From: Candidatus Hopanoidivoransaceae bacterium
Lineage (GTDB): Bacteria; Actinomycetota; Acidimicrobiia; Acidimicrobiales; Hopanoidiivorantaceae
Length of the DNA stretch: 64,000 bases
Assembly: GCA_965204495.1 (NCBI GenBank)
Contig: OZ241989.1
Location: forward strand, 544,312-608,311
Reading direction: 5' to 3'
The notes under the pieces were generated by a model, which saw only the letters and a list, made by a program, of their open reading frames with translations, had not been told where the DNA came from and made no database searches. Shown here piece after piece: positions 9,472 to 17,934 of this stretch. Each line of letters starts with the position of its first letter. The first letter of the stretch is position 1. The position numbers were made by a program, and so were the translations under genes.

Positions 9472-10444
9472 CCAACAACGCCTCCTCCTTGTCGCCGAAG
9501 AACCCTTGCGGGCGGAAGACCACCAGCAGCATCAAAATCAAGCCAAACAGCATAAACCTGAACGGCCCGGCATCGGTGTCCTGCAGCAAGCTGCCATACC
9601 AGCCTTCCTCTATTGACGACCGCATGAACCCTTCAAACCATTGGAACAAGAACCAGAAAACCACCGCTCCCGCCACCGGCCCTAGAACTCTACCCATCCC
9701 TCCGATAAGCAAAGCCGTATAGACCCAGAATGTCAGAATGAGATTGTAGAACTCAGGATTGACATTGTTGGCGAACGCCAGCAGCACCCCGGCGAAAGCC
9801 CCGAAGACGCTGCCGATCATGAAACTCTGCAACCTGATGAAGAAGACATTCTTGCCTAGACTGCGAGCGGCTTGCTCGTCTTCGCGGATGGCTCGCACCG
9901 CCCTTCCCCAAGGGCTGTGAACGAGCAGATACATCACCAAAACGCCGATGGCGATGAGAGTCCAGCCCACTATCATGATCCAGAGCGAGCGATAGTCGTA
10001 GCTGAAACCTCCCCAGCCGTATCTGCCTTTGTTGATGGGATTGAGATTGAAGAAGTCGTTTGCGAACTGCTGAATGCCGAACACTCCGCCAGTAACAGGC
10101 TCGGCCCAGTTGCTGCGCACCACTTGACGAAAAATCTCGGCGAAGGCAATTGTAGCTATGGCCAGATAGTCCAGCCGCAGCCGCAACGCGGCAACCCCCA
10201 AAAACAAGCTCACCACAAGGGCTGCCGCCACGCCGCACAAAACGCCGACCGCCAAGGTCGCACCCGCTTCCATAGGAATGGCAGCGCCGTAAGCCCCCGC
10301 CGCCACAGCCACGACATGGCCGTAGTTCCACAAGCCCGCATAGCCGAACTGAAGGTTCAGGCCCAGCCCTGCCAGAGCGTATGCCACAGCCGGAACCCCC
10401 ACGCTGGCCCGCAATGCATCTACTGTGATGTCAACCCAGTCCAT
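9461..10444 (-). CDS. livM: Branched-chain amino acid ABC transporter permease (LivM-type)
   Basis: The protein is polytopic and hydrophobic, with segments typical of LivM permeases (GYAGLWNYGHV, AIREDEQAARSLGKNVF). It is in an operon with livGF. Confidence 0.8.
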   Translation of the reverse strand: MDWVDITVDALRASVGVPAVAYALAGLGLNLQFGYAGLWNYGHVVAVAAGAYGAAIPMEAGATLAVGVLCGVAAALVVSLFLGVAALRLRLDYLAIATIAFAEIFRQVVRSNWAEPVTGGVFGIQQFANDFFNLNPINKGRYGWGGFSYDYRSLWIMIVGWTLIAIGVLVMYLLVHSPWGRAVRAIREDEQAARSLGKNVFFIRLQSFMIGSVFGAFAGVLLAFANNVNPEFYNLILTFWVYTALLIGGMGRVLGPVAGAVVFWFLFQWFEGFMRSSIEEGWYGSLLQDTDAGPFRFMLFGLILMLLVVFRPQGFFGDKEEALLDGS

Positions 10445-10506
10445 GGCTCATCGCTCTCTTTTGCAAGGCTTGAAGGGCGCGAATATCCTGATAGAAGCTC
10501 TGTGCG

Positions 10507-11967
10507 TCATGCCGTTCGCTCCCTGTAGCCGAGCAGACCTTTCGGCCGTACGAACAGCATCAAAATCAGCACGATGAAGCCGATGACCAGCTTGAATTCG
10601 TTGTCTATCCAATAGGTGCTGACTTCCACGATCAGCCCGATCAGAAAGCCGCCCAGCATCGCCCCGAAAGCTGTGCCCAGCCCGCCGAGCACTATCGCCG
10701 CGAACATCAGCAGCAGCAGCCGCAGCCCCATGCGCCAGTCGAGCCGCTCGGAAATGCCCAAGAAGATGCCGCCCAGAGCGGTGGAAGCCGTGCCCATGAT
10801 CCACACCCCCATGATGACCCGATCCACATTGATGCCCGACACCGAAGCCAGATCGCGATTGGATGCCACCGCCCTGATGCCCACGCCCGTGCGAGTGAGC
10901 ATCAAGAACAGACCGAAAGCCGCCAGCAGCATCACCGACACGATCAGGATGAGCATGCTCTTGGGCGCGATGGAAACCCAGCCGAAATCCACAGGTTCTT
11001 GGACGCTGTAATCGCTGTAAGAGCGGAATTCCACGCCGAAGACGATGGCAAAGATATAGCGCAGCACGAATCCCAGGCCGATGGACACGAGCGACAGGGC
11101 GATGAGACTGGTGTGGCGCTTCCGCAGCGGTTTCCAGATGCCTTTCTCCATGCCAGCCCCGAACAGGCCGCAGATGATCAAGGTCGGAACGATGGCTAAT
11201 AGCAGGCTCATCTGCGGCCCGGCGGGAGATGCGTGGAGGAAGTATGCCACGAGCGCGCCCAGCGTCACGAGTTCGCCGTGGGCGAAATTCACAAGCCCTG
11301 TAACCCCGTAGATGAGCGACAGCCCCACCGAGCACATGGCGATGATGGCGCCGAAGCGCAGCCCGGAGAACACCAAGTTGGAAATTCGCTCCAGTCGGCT
11401 GACCGTGTCTCGTGCGCCCGAGCCGAAATTGAATCTGACGGTTTTGGACTGGCCTTCGTCTACGATCACATTCGGCAGTTCTACTCTTTCCGCATCGGTG
11501 AGCGCCACTCCCTGGGGCAGCGTGTCGGTGTGAATTCTCACTTGGTAGGTGCCTCTTGACGGGAGATCCACCGACCATTCGCCGTTGGCATCCGATGTGG
11601 CGGTGCCGATTTCTGCGCCGTCTTGGGAGACGGTGATGCGAACATCGCTGATGGGCGTGAATACTCTGCGGGGGCCTTCGGCTTCGGTGTCTTCTATTTC
11701 AAGGCGGCCTTTGACGGATTCTCCTGCTTCTTGCCCGGAGGCTTCGGAGCCGGGGAAGCCTGAGAAAATCGCTCCGAGGAATACGGCGCACAGAATGATC
11801 AGATAGACGCTCCAGACGAAACGCTTGGCCGAGCTTCGGTTTGCTCGGCTGGGGCTGCCATTGGGGCTGCCTAGCGAAGCGAGTTTGGGGGCTGGCTGCC
11901 TCGGATAAGGGTTGCCAAGGTTGGCTCTAACCAGCGAGTCCCTGAGAACCTGAAAAAAATTTCCCAT
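10507..11967 (-). CDS. livH: LivH-type permease fused to an N-terminal extracytoplasmic beta-sandwich (carboxypeptidase-regulatory / SdrD-B-like) domain
   Basis: The C-terminal ~290 aa are LivH-like (GVTGLVNFAHGELVTLGA, AVASNRDLASVSGINVD). The N-terminus has one TM (FVWSVYLIILCAVFLGAIF). This is followed by VKGRLEIED...VRITVSQDGAEIGTATSDANGEWSVDLPSRGTYQVRIHTDTLPQGV, the usual pattern of CarboxypepD_reg-like domains. Confidence 0.75.
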   Translation of the reverse strand: MGNFFQVLRDSLVRANLGNPYPRQPAPKLASLGSPNGSPSRANRSSAKRFVWSVYLIILCAVFLGAIFSGFPGSEASGQEAGESVKGRLEIEDTEAEGPRRVFTPISDVRITVSQDGAEIGTATSDANGEWSVDLPSRGTYQVRIHTDTLPQGVALTDAERVELPNVIVDEGQSKTVRFNFGSGARDTVSRLERISNLVFSGLRFGAIIAMCSVGLSLIYGVTGLVNFAHGELVTLGALVAYFLHASPAGPQMSLLLAIVPTLIICGLFGAGMEKGIWKPLRKRHTSLIALSLVSIGLGFVLRYIFAIVFGVEFRSYSDYSVQEPVDFGWVSIAPKSMLILIVSVMLLAAFGLFLMLTRTGVGIRAVASNRDLASVSGINVDRVIMGVWIMGTASTALGGIFLGISERLDWRMGLRLLLLMFAAIVLGGLGTAFGAMLGGFLIGLIVEVSTYWIDNEFKLVIGFIVLILMLFVRPKGLLGYRERTA

Positions 11968-12020
11968 GCTGGCACAAAGTTTAATTCAGTTGAGCTCGCC
12001 AAGTCTGCAAGCAACTGCTA

Positions 12021-13097
12021 TTGCATGGCAAGATTAAGCCTGTGCCGACACACAAGCTCGCTTCCACTAATGCCTTTGTCGTCTTCGACTTGGAAGACGC
12101 CGAGACTTCTTCGGGGCTGGTGCGCTGCGCCCCGAAAATCCTGCCTAGCTCTGCTGCAGAGCTGGCACGGTCGGCCACTTACACCTTTGCTGCTCACGGC
12201 TGCAGGCGAGGCGGGGCATCGGCTGGAATAAATGCCAAAGGCGATGAGCGAGACGAAGCTGTGCGAGCTTTCACAGAAGAGATCGCAGAGATGGCGACGA
12301 CAGCTAAGTTTCTGCCCGATGCCGGCAAGGGAATGACAGAAGACGACTTGCAGCTGCTGCGAGCTGCCGACATGCGCGGCGATGCCCTGTTTGCTGAGCA
12401 TGAAGGGATGCCGCTGGCGACATACTTGCAGGGTGTCGGCGCGGTAGCTGCTGCAGGGGCGGCTCTAGGCGGGCTGGAAGGGCGGACGGTGGCGGTGGAA
12501 GGTTTTGGCTTGGCAGGGCAGGCGGCAGCAAAAGAGCTTGAGGCGCAGGGGGCGAAGGTGGTGGCTGTCTCCACAGGGGCTGGAGTAGCTATGGCTTCGG
12601 CAGGCTTTTCTCATGCCGAGCTGTCGGAGGCATTTGCGGAGCACGGCGAAGAAATGGTGAAACATCTGGGAAAAGGCGAAGGATCAAGATCTGGCGGAGA
12701 TGCCGACCCCATCTGGAGCGCGGAAGCTGATGTGTTTTTTGCAGGTTCAAAGATCGGAGCGGTGGATCACAATGTGGCTGAACTTTTTGCGCCGATGGTG
12801 TTGGCATCGCTTACGCCCCTGGCATTCACCACAAAGGCATTGGTGGCTCTGGAACGCAAAGGCGCAAAAGTGCTGTCTGATTTTGTCTGCTTGGGGGGGC
12901 CGCTTTATGCCGAAGCCAGCGGCGGGCAAACCGCTCCCTCCGAAGCTATCGCCACCACGCGAACCAACACAGCAGCTTTGGTAGAAGAAGCCTCGCAGCA
13001 CCCTGAAGGCATTTTCCTAGGTGCGTGCGCTATAGCCGAGCAGTTTTTACTGACTTGGCGAAGCGAATTGCCTTTCGGCCGCCCGCTCGCGCCTTGA
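12021..13097 (+). CDS. Leu/Val/Phe dehydrogenase-family protein, apparently lacking both catalytic lysines
   Basis: GRTVAVEGFGLAGQAAAKELEAQGAKVVAVS is the Rossmann dinucleotide fold of Glu/Leu/Phe/Val dehydrogenases. LARSATYTFAAHGCRRGGASAGINAKGDE aligns by eye to the LeuDH block [27 protein letters not shown], with K to T and K to S substitutions. Confidence 0.6.
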   Translation: MHGKIKPVPTHKLASTNAFVVFDLEDAETSSGLVRCAPKILPSSAAELARSATYTFAAHGCRRGGASAGINAKGDERDEAVRAFTEEIAEMATTAKFLPDAGKGMTEDDLQLLRAADMRGDALFAEHEGMPLATYLQGVGAVAAAGAALGGLEGRTVAVEGFGLAGQAAAKELEAQGAKVVAVSTGAGVAMASAGFSHAELSEAFAEHGEEMVKHLGKGEGSRSGGDADPIWSAEADVFFAGSKIGAVDHNVAELFAPMVLASLTPLAFTTKALVALERKGAKVLSDFVCLGGPLYAEASGGQTAPSEAIATTRTNTAALVEEASQHPEGIFLGACAIAEQFLLTWRSELPFGRPLAP

Positions 13098-13164
13098 AGT
13101 TGCTCTGGTGTCTTGTGTCCGTTCTGCCTTCTTGATGCCGCTCTTTAGTCTCGCGACCGTCCGC

Positions 13165-14175
13165 CTACCCGCCCGAGAACGCATCAATCATCTGACGGAC
13201 ATCGTCTCCCAAGGGATACAGCACGGGAACTGTCGCGCCCGAGCTGAGATACTGATCCACTTTTTCGCGGCATTCGTCTGGTGTGCCGGCGGCGCAGATC
13301 ATCTGCACTATGTCATCAGGCACCAGCTTGGACGCTTCTTTTACCTGCTCCAAGGTGGCAGGCCAAGTCATCACCTTTCCGACATCTTCCAACAGAGAGG
13401 TCGGCACGCCCGAGGCTTTCATAATGTGAGGCTGCTGGCCTAGGTATTGCGTCACCAGCATACGGGCGTTGTCAAGCGCGCTCTGGCGGTCGTCAGCCAG
13501 AGAACACACCACTAGCTGGGGGCGGTCTATGTCGTCCACCGAGCGACCGGCTTTGGCCGCGCCTGCTTCCAGAGCTTCCATGGCTCGGCGGTTGTAATCG
13601 GGCGAGACGAGATAGTTGAGCACCACGCCGTCGGCGATCTCGCCCGTGAGTTCCATCATCTTCATGCCAGTGGCTCCGATGTAGATCGGCACATCCTTGG
13701 GGCGGCGTTCTTGAAGCACATAATCAAGCTCCACGCCGTCCATATGCACATAGTCGCCGTGGAAGGTAACCGTCTGGTCGGCTAGCAAGCCGCGCACGGA
13801 TTCCACCACCTCGCGCATTGCCTGAAGCGGCCGAGTGCGCTGAACGCCGACTTTGGCCGCCAGCGGATCCCACCAAGCCCCTATCCCCAAGATGATCCGC
13901 CCCGGAGCAAGATCGTCCAAAGTAGAAAAAGTGGAAGCCAGCCGTGCAGGATTGCGCGTCCAGCAATCGACCACCCCCGAGCCGATCTTGATGCGATCCG
14001 TAACAGCAGCAAAAGCCGCCATCGGCACGCAAGCCTCTCTAACCAAGCGAGAATCAGCCTGCCAAGCCGCCTCAAACCCCCGCTCCTCGGCGTATTGCAC
14101 ATATTCCATAGCCTCCCGCACCGGATGCGCATCCTGCAGGTAAAGGGCAAGTCTTCTGGTTTGGCTTTGTGTCAT
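13165..14175 (-). CDS. LLM-class F420-dependent oxidoreductase
   Basis: The N-terminus [34 protein letters not shown] and the core [12 protein letters not shown] are typical of luciferase-like monooxygenase/F420 oxidoreductases of ~335 aa. Confidence 0.8.
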   Translation of the reverse strand: MTQSQTRRLALYLQDAHPVREAMEYVQYAEERGFEAAWQADSRLVREACVPMAAFAAVTDRIKIGSGVVDCWTRNPARLASTFSTLDDLAPGRIILGIGAWWDPLAAKVGVQRTRPLQAMREVVESVRGLLADQTVTFHGDYVHMDGVELDYVLQERRPKDVPIYIGATGMKMMELTGEIADGVVLNYLVSPDYNRRAMEALEAGAAKAGRSVDDIDRPQLVVCSLADDRQSALDNARMLVTQYLGQQPHIMKASGVPTSLLEDVGKVMTWPATLEQVKEASKLVPDDIVQMICAAGTPDECREKVDQYLSSGATVPVLYPLGDDVRQMIDAFSGG

Positions 14176-14214
14176 ATCGGCAATCCTACCATTATCAGCA
14201 ATGCAGGATAGAGG

Positions 14215-14757
14215 TTAGGCTCTGTCGGCTACTTCTGCGATAAACGGCAGATTGAAATTCTCATGAATTTCGGCTGGGAATGCCTTTTTCATCGCATGCA
14301 CTAATCCGTCATAATTTCTCATACCAGTTCTTCTAGCCAAAATTACAGCATCGTGCCGATCCTGAGGACGAGCAGCCAGTAATTTCATAAGCAAAACATA
14401 TTTAGGATCAGCGATGAAAGCCGTCAGTCTGTTCTCCCCTTCGAATATCTGCTCAGGAACTATAGGAAGCTGCGGCTGCGGCATCAATGTAGCTGTAGCG
14501 TTCAGCCATCCTGGCGGCAAGTCGTGCCGAGCTGCGACTGAACGGGCAGCGGCGATCAATTCTTCAGGCAACTCGCTAGGGACTATAACATCCACATCCT
14601 TAGTCCCCCCGCGTTTTTCGTTCCAGAACAACATTGCCGCCCCGCCTGCCAGCGTTATATGTATAGGCTCGCCCTCAGACAATTCTTTGTCGGTTTCCTC
14701 CAAAAGACCCACAATGTCATAGCGGCTAAGAGTAACATCCGACCCGGAAACGCTCAT
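14215..14757 (-). CDS. Nucleotidyltransferase-fold protein (AbiEii/DUF6036-like), putative TA toxin
   Basis: PIHITLAGGAAMLFWNEKRGGTKDVDVIV resembles the GG..(x)n..TkDiD minimal nucleotidyltransferase signature. The gene is small (180 aa) and has a 4-nt ATGA overlap with the upstream ORF. Confidence 0.45.
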   Translation of the reverse strand: MSVSGSDVTLSRYDIVGLLEETDKELSEGEPIHITLAGGAAMLFWNEKRGGTKDVDVIVPSELPEELIAAARSVAARHDLPPGWLNATATLMPQPQLPIVPEQIFEGENRLTAFIADPKYVLLMKLLAARPQDRHDAVILARRTGMRNYDGLVHAMKKAFPAEIHENFNLPFIAEVADRA

Positions 14758-15254
14758 CGCTTATCCAGCGTGTCGGCAGTGAAGAAAACTCTGTGCTGCC
14801 AGCACACATCCACAGCCTCCGAGCGGATACGCTTCCCGTATTCGCTGTCGGCGGTGTCAAGCGAAATAAGGATATCCTCAGATGCTTTCCTGTTCGCTAA
14901 ACCAGCAGGCATCAGGTAGTTGTCTCTGCTGCACAAACCGTGCACAACCGCAGCGATAGCAGCAGCATAATTCTCGTCGCAGTCTTCCGGCAGAGAACCC
15001 GACAACATAGAATCCCTCCTGTCAGGGAAATTGTTCCAATCAGCAACGAATTGCAGCAAAGGGCGAGTTTTCATCGCCTCGCCGCCGATTTCGTCAAAAG
15101 CCGCAGGCAGAGCACCTAACCCGATGACACCATTCCTCGATCGGGCATCTGAGCCCACACACACTTCTATACCGGTGTCGGTGCATCCACCAGTCGTGTC
15201 CGCAACATCAGACACATCGGGAAAAGTCCCATTCCTTGCTAGTATACCAACCAT
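14754..15254 (-). CDS. Hypothetical protein, translationally coupled partner of the NTase-like gene
   Basis: The ORF stop overlaps the downstream start. No motif is recognised. The true start may be the internal ATG that gives MKTRPLLQFVADW (~15071). Confidence 0.35.
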   Translation of the reverse strand: MVGILARNGTFPDVSDVADTTGGCTDTGIEVCVGSDARSRNGVIGLGALPAAFDEIGGEAMKTRPLLQFVADWNNFPDRRDSMLSGSLPEDCDENYAAAIAAVVHGLCSRDNYLMPAGLANRKASEDILISLDTADSEYGKRIRSEAVDVCWQHRVFFTADTLDKR

Positions 15255-16015
15255 AGCATGCAGTCTACACGCCCGGCTGTGGCGCCGACATAGGGCTGGT
15301 AGTTTCCGATGTATCGGAGGTATATGGATAGCTCTTCCAGTTTCGCTTGGAGGTCGAGGGGGCCTTGGTCGTTTATCTGGGAGTAGATGTTGATGTCCGC
15401 CAGACCCGGAACATAGCGGTCGCGTGGGGTACTGGCGGGCAGGGGCAGCTGTATGTCGTTGCGCTGTCGGGGGCGCAAACTAGAAGCTCGTGCGGGCGGG
15501 CGCAGAGAACCGCCGAGGTCGTCTGCGGAAGGAATAGTGGTTGTTGTCGTCGTCGTTGTCGTGTTTGTAGTGGTAGTGGAGGTTGTGGTTGTTGTCGTAG
15601 AGGAAGTGGTAGTGGTGGTTGTGGTCGTGCTAGTAGAAGCGGTCGCGGCAGTAGTGGTTGTGGTGGTGCTGCTCGGAGGTTCGGAAGTCTCTGGCGGCAA
15701 AGAACCCGAAGACGATGCCGAAGGCACAGCCTCAGTGGAACCAGAAGTTGGGGGAGCAGGCTCATCAGAACCCGCAGTCCCAACGCTCGGCACAGGCTCT
15801 GCCTGCCCAGTGTCAGGAGCGGCAGGTGCGGAAGTCGTTGTCGTGGTGGTCTCGGGCCGCGCAACGGTCTCGGTGGTCGCAACGCTCCCAACCGCAGCTT
15901 CAGTCGTAGCCGTCTCAGGGCTGCTGTCGCCGCCCGAAGAACAAGCCGAACCGACCAGCCCCAAAACAGCCGCAAAAGCAGCCGCAAAAACCCACTTTGC
16001 ATGTCTCATACCCAA
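15239..16015 (-). CDS. Thr-rich lipoprotein, apparently C-terminally truncated paralog of the 33460..35340 product
   Basis: The signal/lipobox is AAVLGLVGSAC. There is a poly-Thr tract. SLRPRQRNDIQLPLPASTPRDRYVPGLADINIY nearly matches GLRPRQRNDVQLPLPDSVPRDRYVPGLAAVNIY in the island lipoprotein. The ORF ends ~45 aa after the motif, whereas the paralog continues for ~290 aa. Confidence 0.6.
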   Translation of the reverse strand: MGMRHAKWVFAAAFAAVLGLVGSACSSGGDSSPETATTEAAVGSVATTETVARPETTTTTTSAPAAPDTGQAEPVPSVGTAGSDEPAPPTSGSTEAVPSASSSGSLPPETSEPPSSTTTTTTAATASTSTTTTTTTTSSTTTTTTSTTTTNTTTTTTTTTIPSADDLGGSLRPPARASSLRPRQRNDIQLPLPASTPRDRYVPGLADINIYSQINDQGPLDLQAKLEELSIYLRYIGNYQPYVGATAGRVDCMLWLVY

Positions 16016-16051
16016 GAAACCTCATATCGGAGAATAGTGGCTTCATGCTTC

Positions 16052-16462
16052 TTAGAAATAGTCTTTAGGGTTCAGGTATATGACATGCTCTGCGAGGAAA
16101 TCGTATCGTATGAAATCCGAATCACAAGTCACAATCACAAGACTGCGCTGCATCGCGAGTGACGCGATCCACTTGTCGTTCGCATCCAGCGTCGGCTTTC
16201 TCCACCAGATTTTGTCAGCGAAAAGCTTAGCTGTTGCCGAAGTGATATTCAGATATGTCATCTCAGACAAGAACTCGCGCAAGACAGCTCTGCGTTTATT
16301 GCCGAAATCGCTCCGAAGCGCGCCCTCCAATGTTTCAGCTTCTACAATCGGGCATGTGTAAAGCTGCTTGCCCTTTATATTGTCAGCTATGGCATCAGCC
16401 AAGTCTCCGTGTTTTTCGTTGGTGGAGAGATAGAAGTTGACTGCTGAACTGTCAAGTAGCAT
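16052..16462 (-). CDS. vapC: PIN-domain toxin (VapC-type)
   Basis: The acidic PIN residues are in the expected places (MLLDSS, IVEAE, DANDKWIAS, TCDSDF). It is 136 aa and lies 12 nt downstream of a small partner ORF. Confidence 0.75.
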   Translation of the reverse strand: MLLDSSAVNFYLSTNEKHGDLADAIADNIKGKQLYTCPIVEAETLEGALRSDFGNKRRAVLREFLSEMTYLNITSATAKLFADKIWWRKPTLDANDKWIASLAMQRSLVIVTCDSDFIRYDFLAEHVIYLNPKDYF

Positions 16463-16474
16463 AGTTGTTCCGGT

Positions 16475-16714
16475 TCAGGATATGACATCTAGCAGAATTT
16501 CTGCCTCCTCGCCTTCGAAAACGGCGTAGCGGTGGGCGCGATCTATCTCCAGTTTCGGCAGAGGCCGCAAGTCTATAGCCGAGAAATAGCGGCCTCGTTT
16601 GTCTATCAGCGTTCGTCCGTTGCGGTGCACGGTGTATTCTCGCCCGTCTTGGGCTGTCCATTTCTCGCCTGGCGGCACTCTGGGGAGATTGGCAAGGGGA
16701 TCCCGTTTGCTCAT
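16475..16714 (-). CDS. Putative antitoxin of the VapC module
   Basis: It is a 79-aa ORF immediately upstream of vapC on the same strand, with GGAAAGGAG 6 nt before the ATG. I do not recognise the family. Confidence 0.45.
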   Translation of the reverse strand: MSKRDPLANLPRVPPGEKWTAQDGREYTVHRNGRTLIDKRGRYFSAIDLRPLPKLEIDRAHRYAVFEGEEAEILLDVIS

Positions 16715-16720
16715 TTTTTA

Positions 16721-16747
16721 CTCCTTTCCGTGTCTTTTATTACTATA
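16721..16747 (-). promoter_or_regulatory. Candidate -10 (TATAGT) and RBS for the antitoxin-vapC operon
   Basis: On the minus strand the sequence reads gcTATAGTaataaaagacacGGAAAGGAGtaaaaaATG. Confidence 0.35.
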
Positions 16748-16788
16748 GCATGAGCCGCAAGTTTTTCTGATGCAGCGCGTCGATCTGA

Positions 16789-17913
16789 TCACGCCAAGCG
16801 GGCGAAGAGCCTTTGGGCTTGTTGGGCGGCTTGAGCTCGGATTTCGGCGGGGTCTGCTTTGGTTGGGGTGCCGTTTGCCCAGATTACCTCGCCGTTCACC
16901 TTTACGCTTAGGGGGGAGACTCCTGGGGTGAAGGCTAGGCTCCATGGGTCTGTGTGTTCGTAGCTCCAGCGGACTTCGTCTTGGCGGACTTCTGGGAAAA
17001 GCTGCTCGCCTTGCTTTAGCCATTGCCAAGGGGTCTCTGGGGTGGCGGAGACATCGGCGGCTCGCAGGCAGGCATAGGCTAGGCGGAACTCTTCTAGCAT
17101 GTCGGCTCCTATGCCGTCTGTGCCTAGGGCTACTGGGTTGGCGAAGCGGGCGGGGCGGGCATAGCCCACGCTGTTGTTCATGTTGGAACGGGGGTTGTGG
17201 ACGACGGTGCCAGCTAGGGGATGGTCGTCTTCCAGCAGGACGCCGTGCACTAGCAGCCAATCTTCGGCGGCGTAGGGGGCGAGCGTCTTGGCAGCGTCTG
17301 CATCGGGCGGGCCTTCTCCTACATGGATGTGAACTCCTATGCCGAACTTCTTGGCCATCTCTGCTGCTGCCGCTAGGGTGTCGGGTTCGCAGGTGAAGGC
17401 GGCGTGCACCCCCACCATCCCTCGGCCGCCTGCCTGCAGATAACGCTCGTTTTCGCGCAGACCTTTGCTGGCACCTTCTGAGCCGTGTCGGTCGGTTACG
17501 CCGTAGGCGCAGCTCACTCGCACTCCTACTTCGGCGCACGCTTCGGCGATTATGCTGAGCGAGCCGTCTATGGCATTTGGGGATTCGTGATGATCGATGA
17601 TGGCCGTGCAGCCCCGCTCCAAGGCTTCCAGTGCGCCTAGACGGGCTGAGGCGCGCAGCATTTCTTCGTCTAGGGCGCAATCCAGTCGCCACCAGATTAG
17701 CTCTAGGATTTCTCGGAAATTCCCTGGTGTGGCCGGCGGCGGGGGCATCCCTCTGGCCAGCGAAGAATAGAGATGGTGATGAGCGCAGACGAGTCCGTGG
17801 GTTGTGCCTGCTGTGTCGCCTGTGGCAGGAGTATCGCCAGCCGCAACCCCCGCCTCGCCAGCCGAAGTCGCAGCAGGAGGCTCAGTGTTTGAAGAATTAT
17901 CGGCTGAAGACAC
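16789..17913 (-). CDS. Amidohydrolase-superfamily protein, SsnA-like aminohydrolase
   Basis: GLVCAHHHLYSSLARGMP resembles the SsnA/chlorohydrolase HxH metal motif region (..nAHtHlYsaLaRGm). The length is 374 aa. It lies adjacent to an XdhD-like gene, as in the E. coli ssnA-ygfM-xdhD neighbourhood. Confidence 0.65.
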   Translation of the reverse strand: MSSADNSSNTEPPAATSAGEAGVAAGDTPATGDTAGTTHGLVCAHHHLYSSLARGMPPPPATPGNFREILELIWWRLDCALDEEMLRASARLGALEALERGCTAIIDHHESPNAIDGSLSIIAEACAEVGVRVSCAYGVTDRHGSEGASKGLRENERYLQAGGRGMVGVHAAFTCEPDTLAAAAEMAKKFGIGVHIHVGEGPPDADAAKTLAPYAAEDWLLVHGVLLEDDHPLAGTVVHNPRSNMNNSVGYARPARFANPVALGTDGIGADMLEEFRLAYACLRAADVSATPETPWQWLKQGEQLFPEVRQDEVRWSYEHTDPWSLAFTPGVSPLSVKVNGEVIWANGTPTKADPAEIRAQAAQQAQRLFARLA

Positions 17914-17934
17914 TGGGGCAGTGCTGTGTCAGTG

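Noticed and set aside
7716-9555. Long plus-strand ORFs (322 and 324 aa) antisense to the two ABC ATPase genes.
   Set aside because: Walker A, Walker B and signature motifs are all on the minus strand. The antisense ORFs are His/Arg/Leu-rich with no motifs.
10448-11578. A 376-aa Arg/Gly/His-rich ORF on the minus strand.
   Set aside because: It is out of frame with, and fully inside, the LivH-type gene (10507..11967). It has a biased composition and no motif, so it is a frame-shadow of a GC-rich gene.
15347-16162. Plus-strand ORFs (271 aa and 194 aa), including a poly-Val run, opposite the Thr-rich lipoprotein gene.
   Set aside because: They are antisense translations of the ACC/ACG/ACA Thr-codon tract. 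The minus-strand product has a lipoprotein signal and a conserved motif, and the plus-strand ORFs have neither.
16718-17692. A 324-aa extremely Arg/Pro/Ser-rich ORF.
   Set aside because: It overlaps the SsnA-like amidohydrolase in another frame and its composition is not protein-like.
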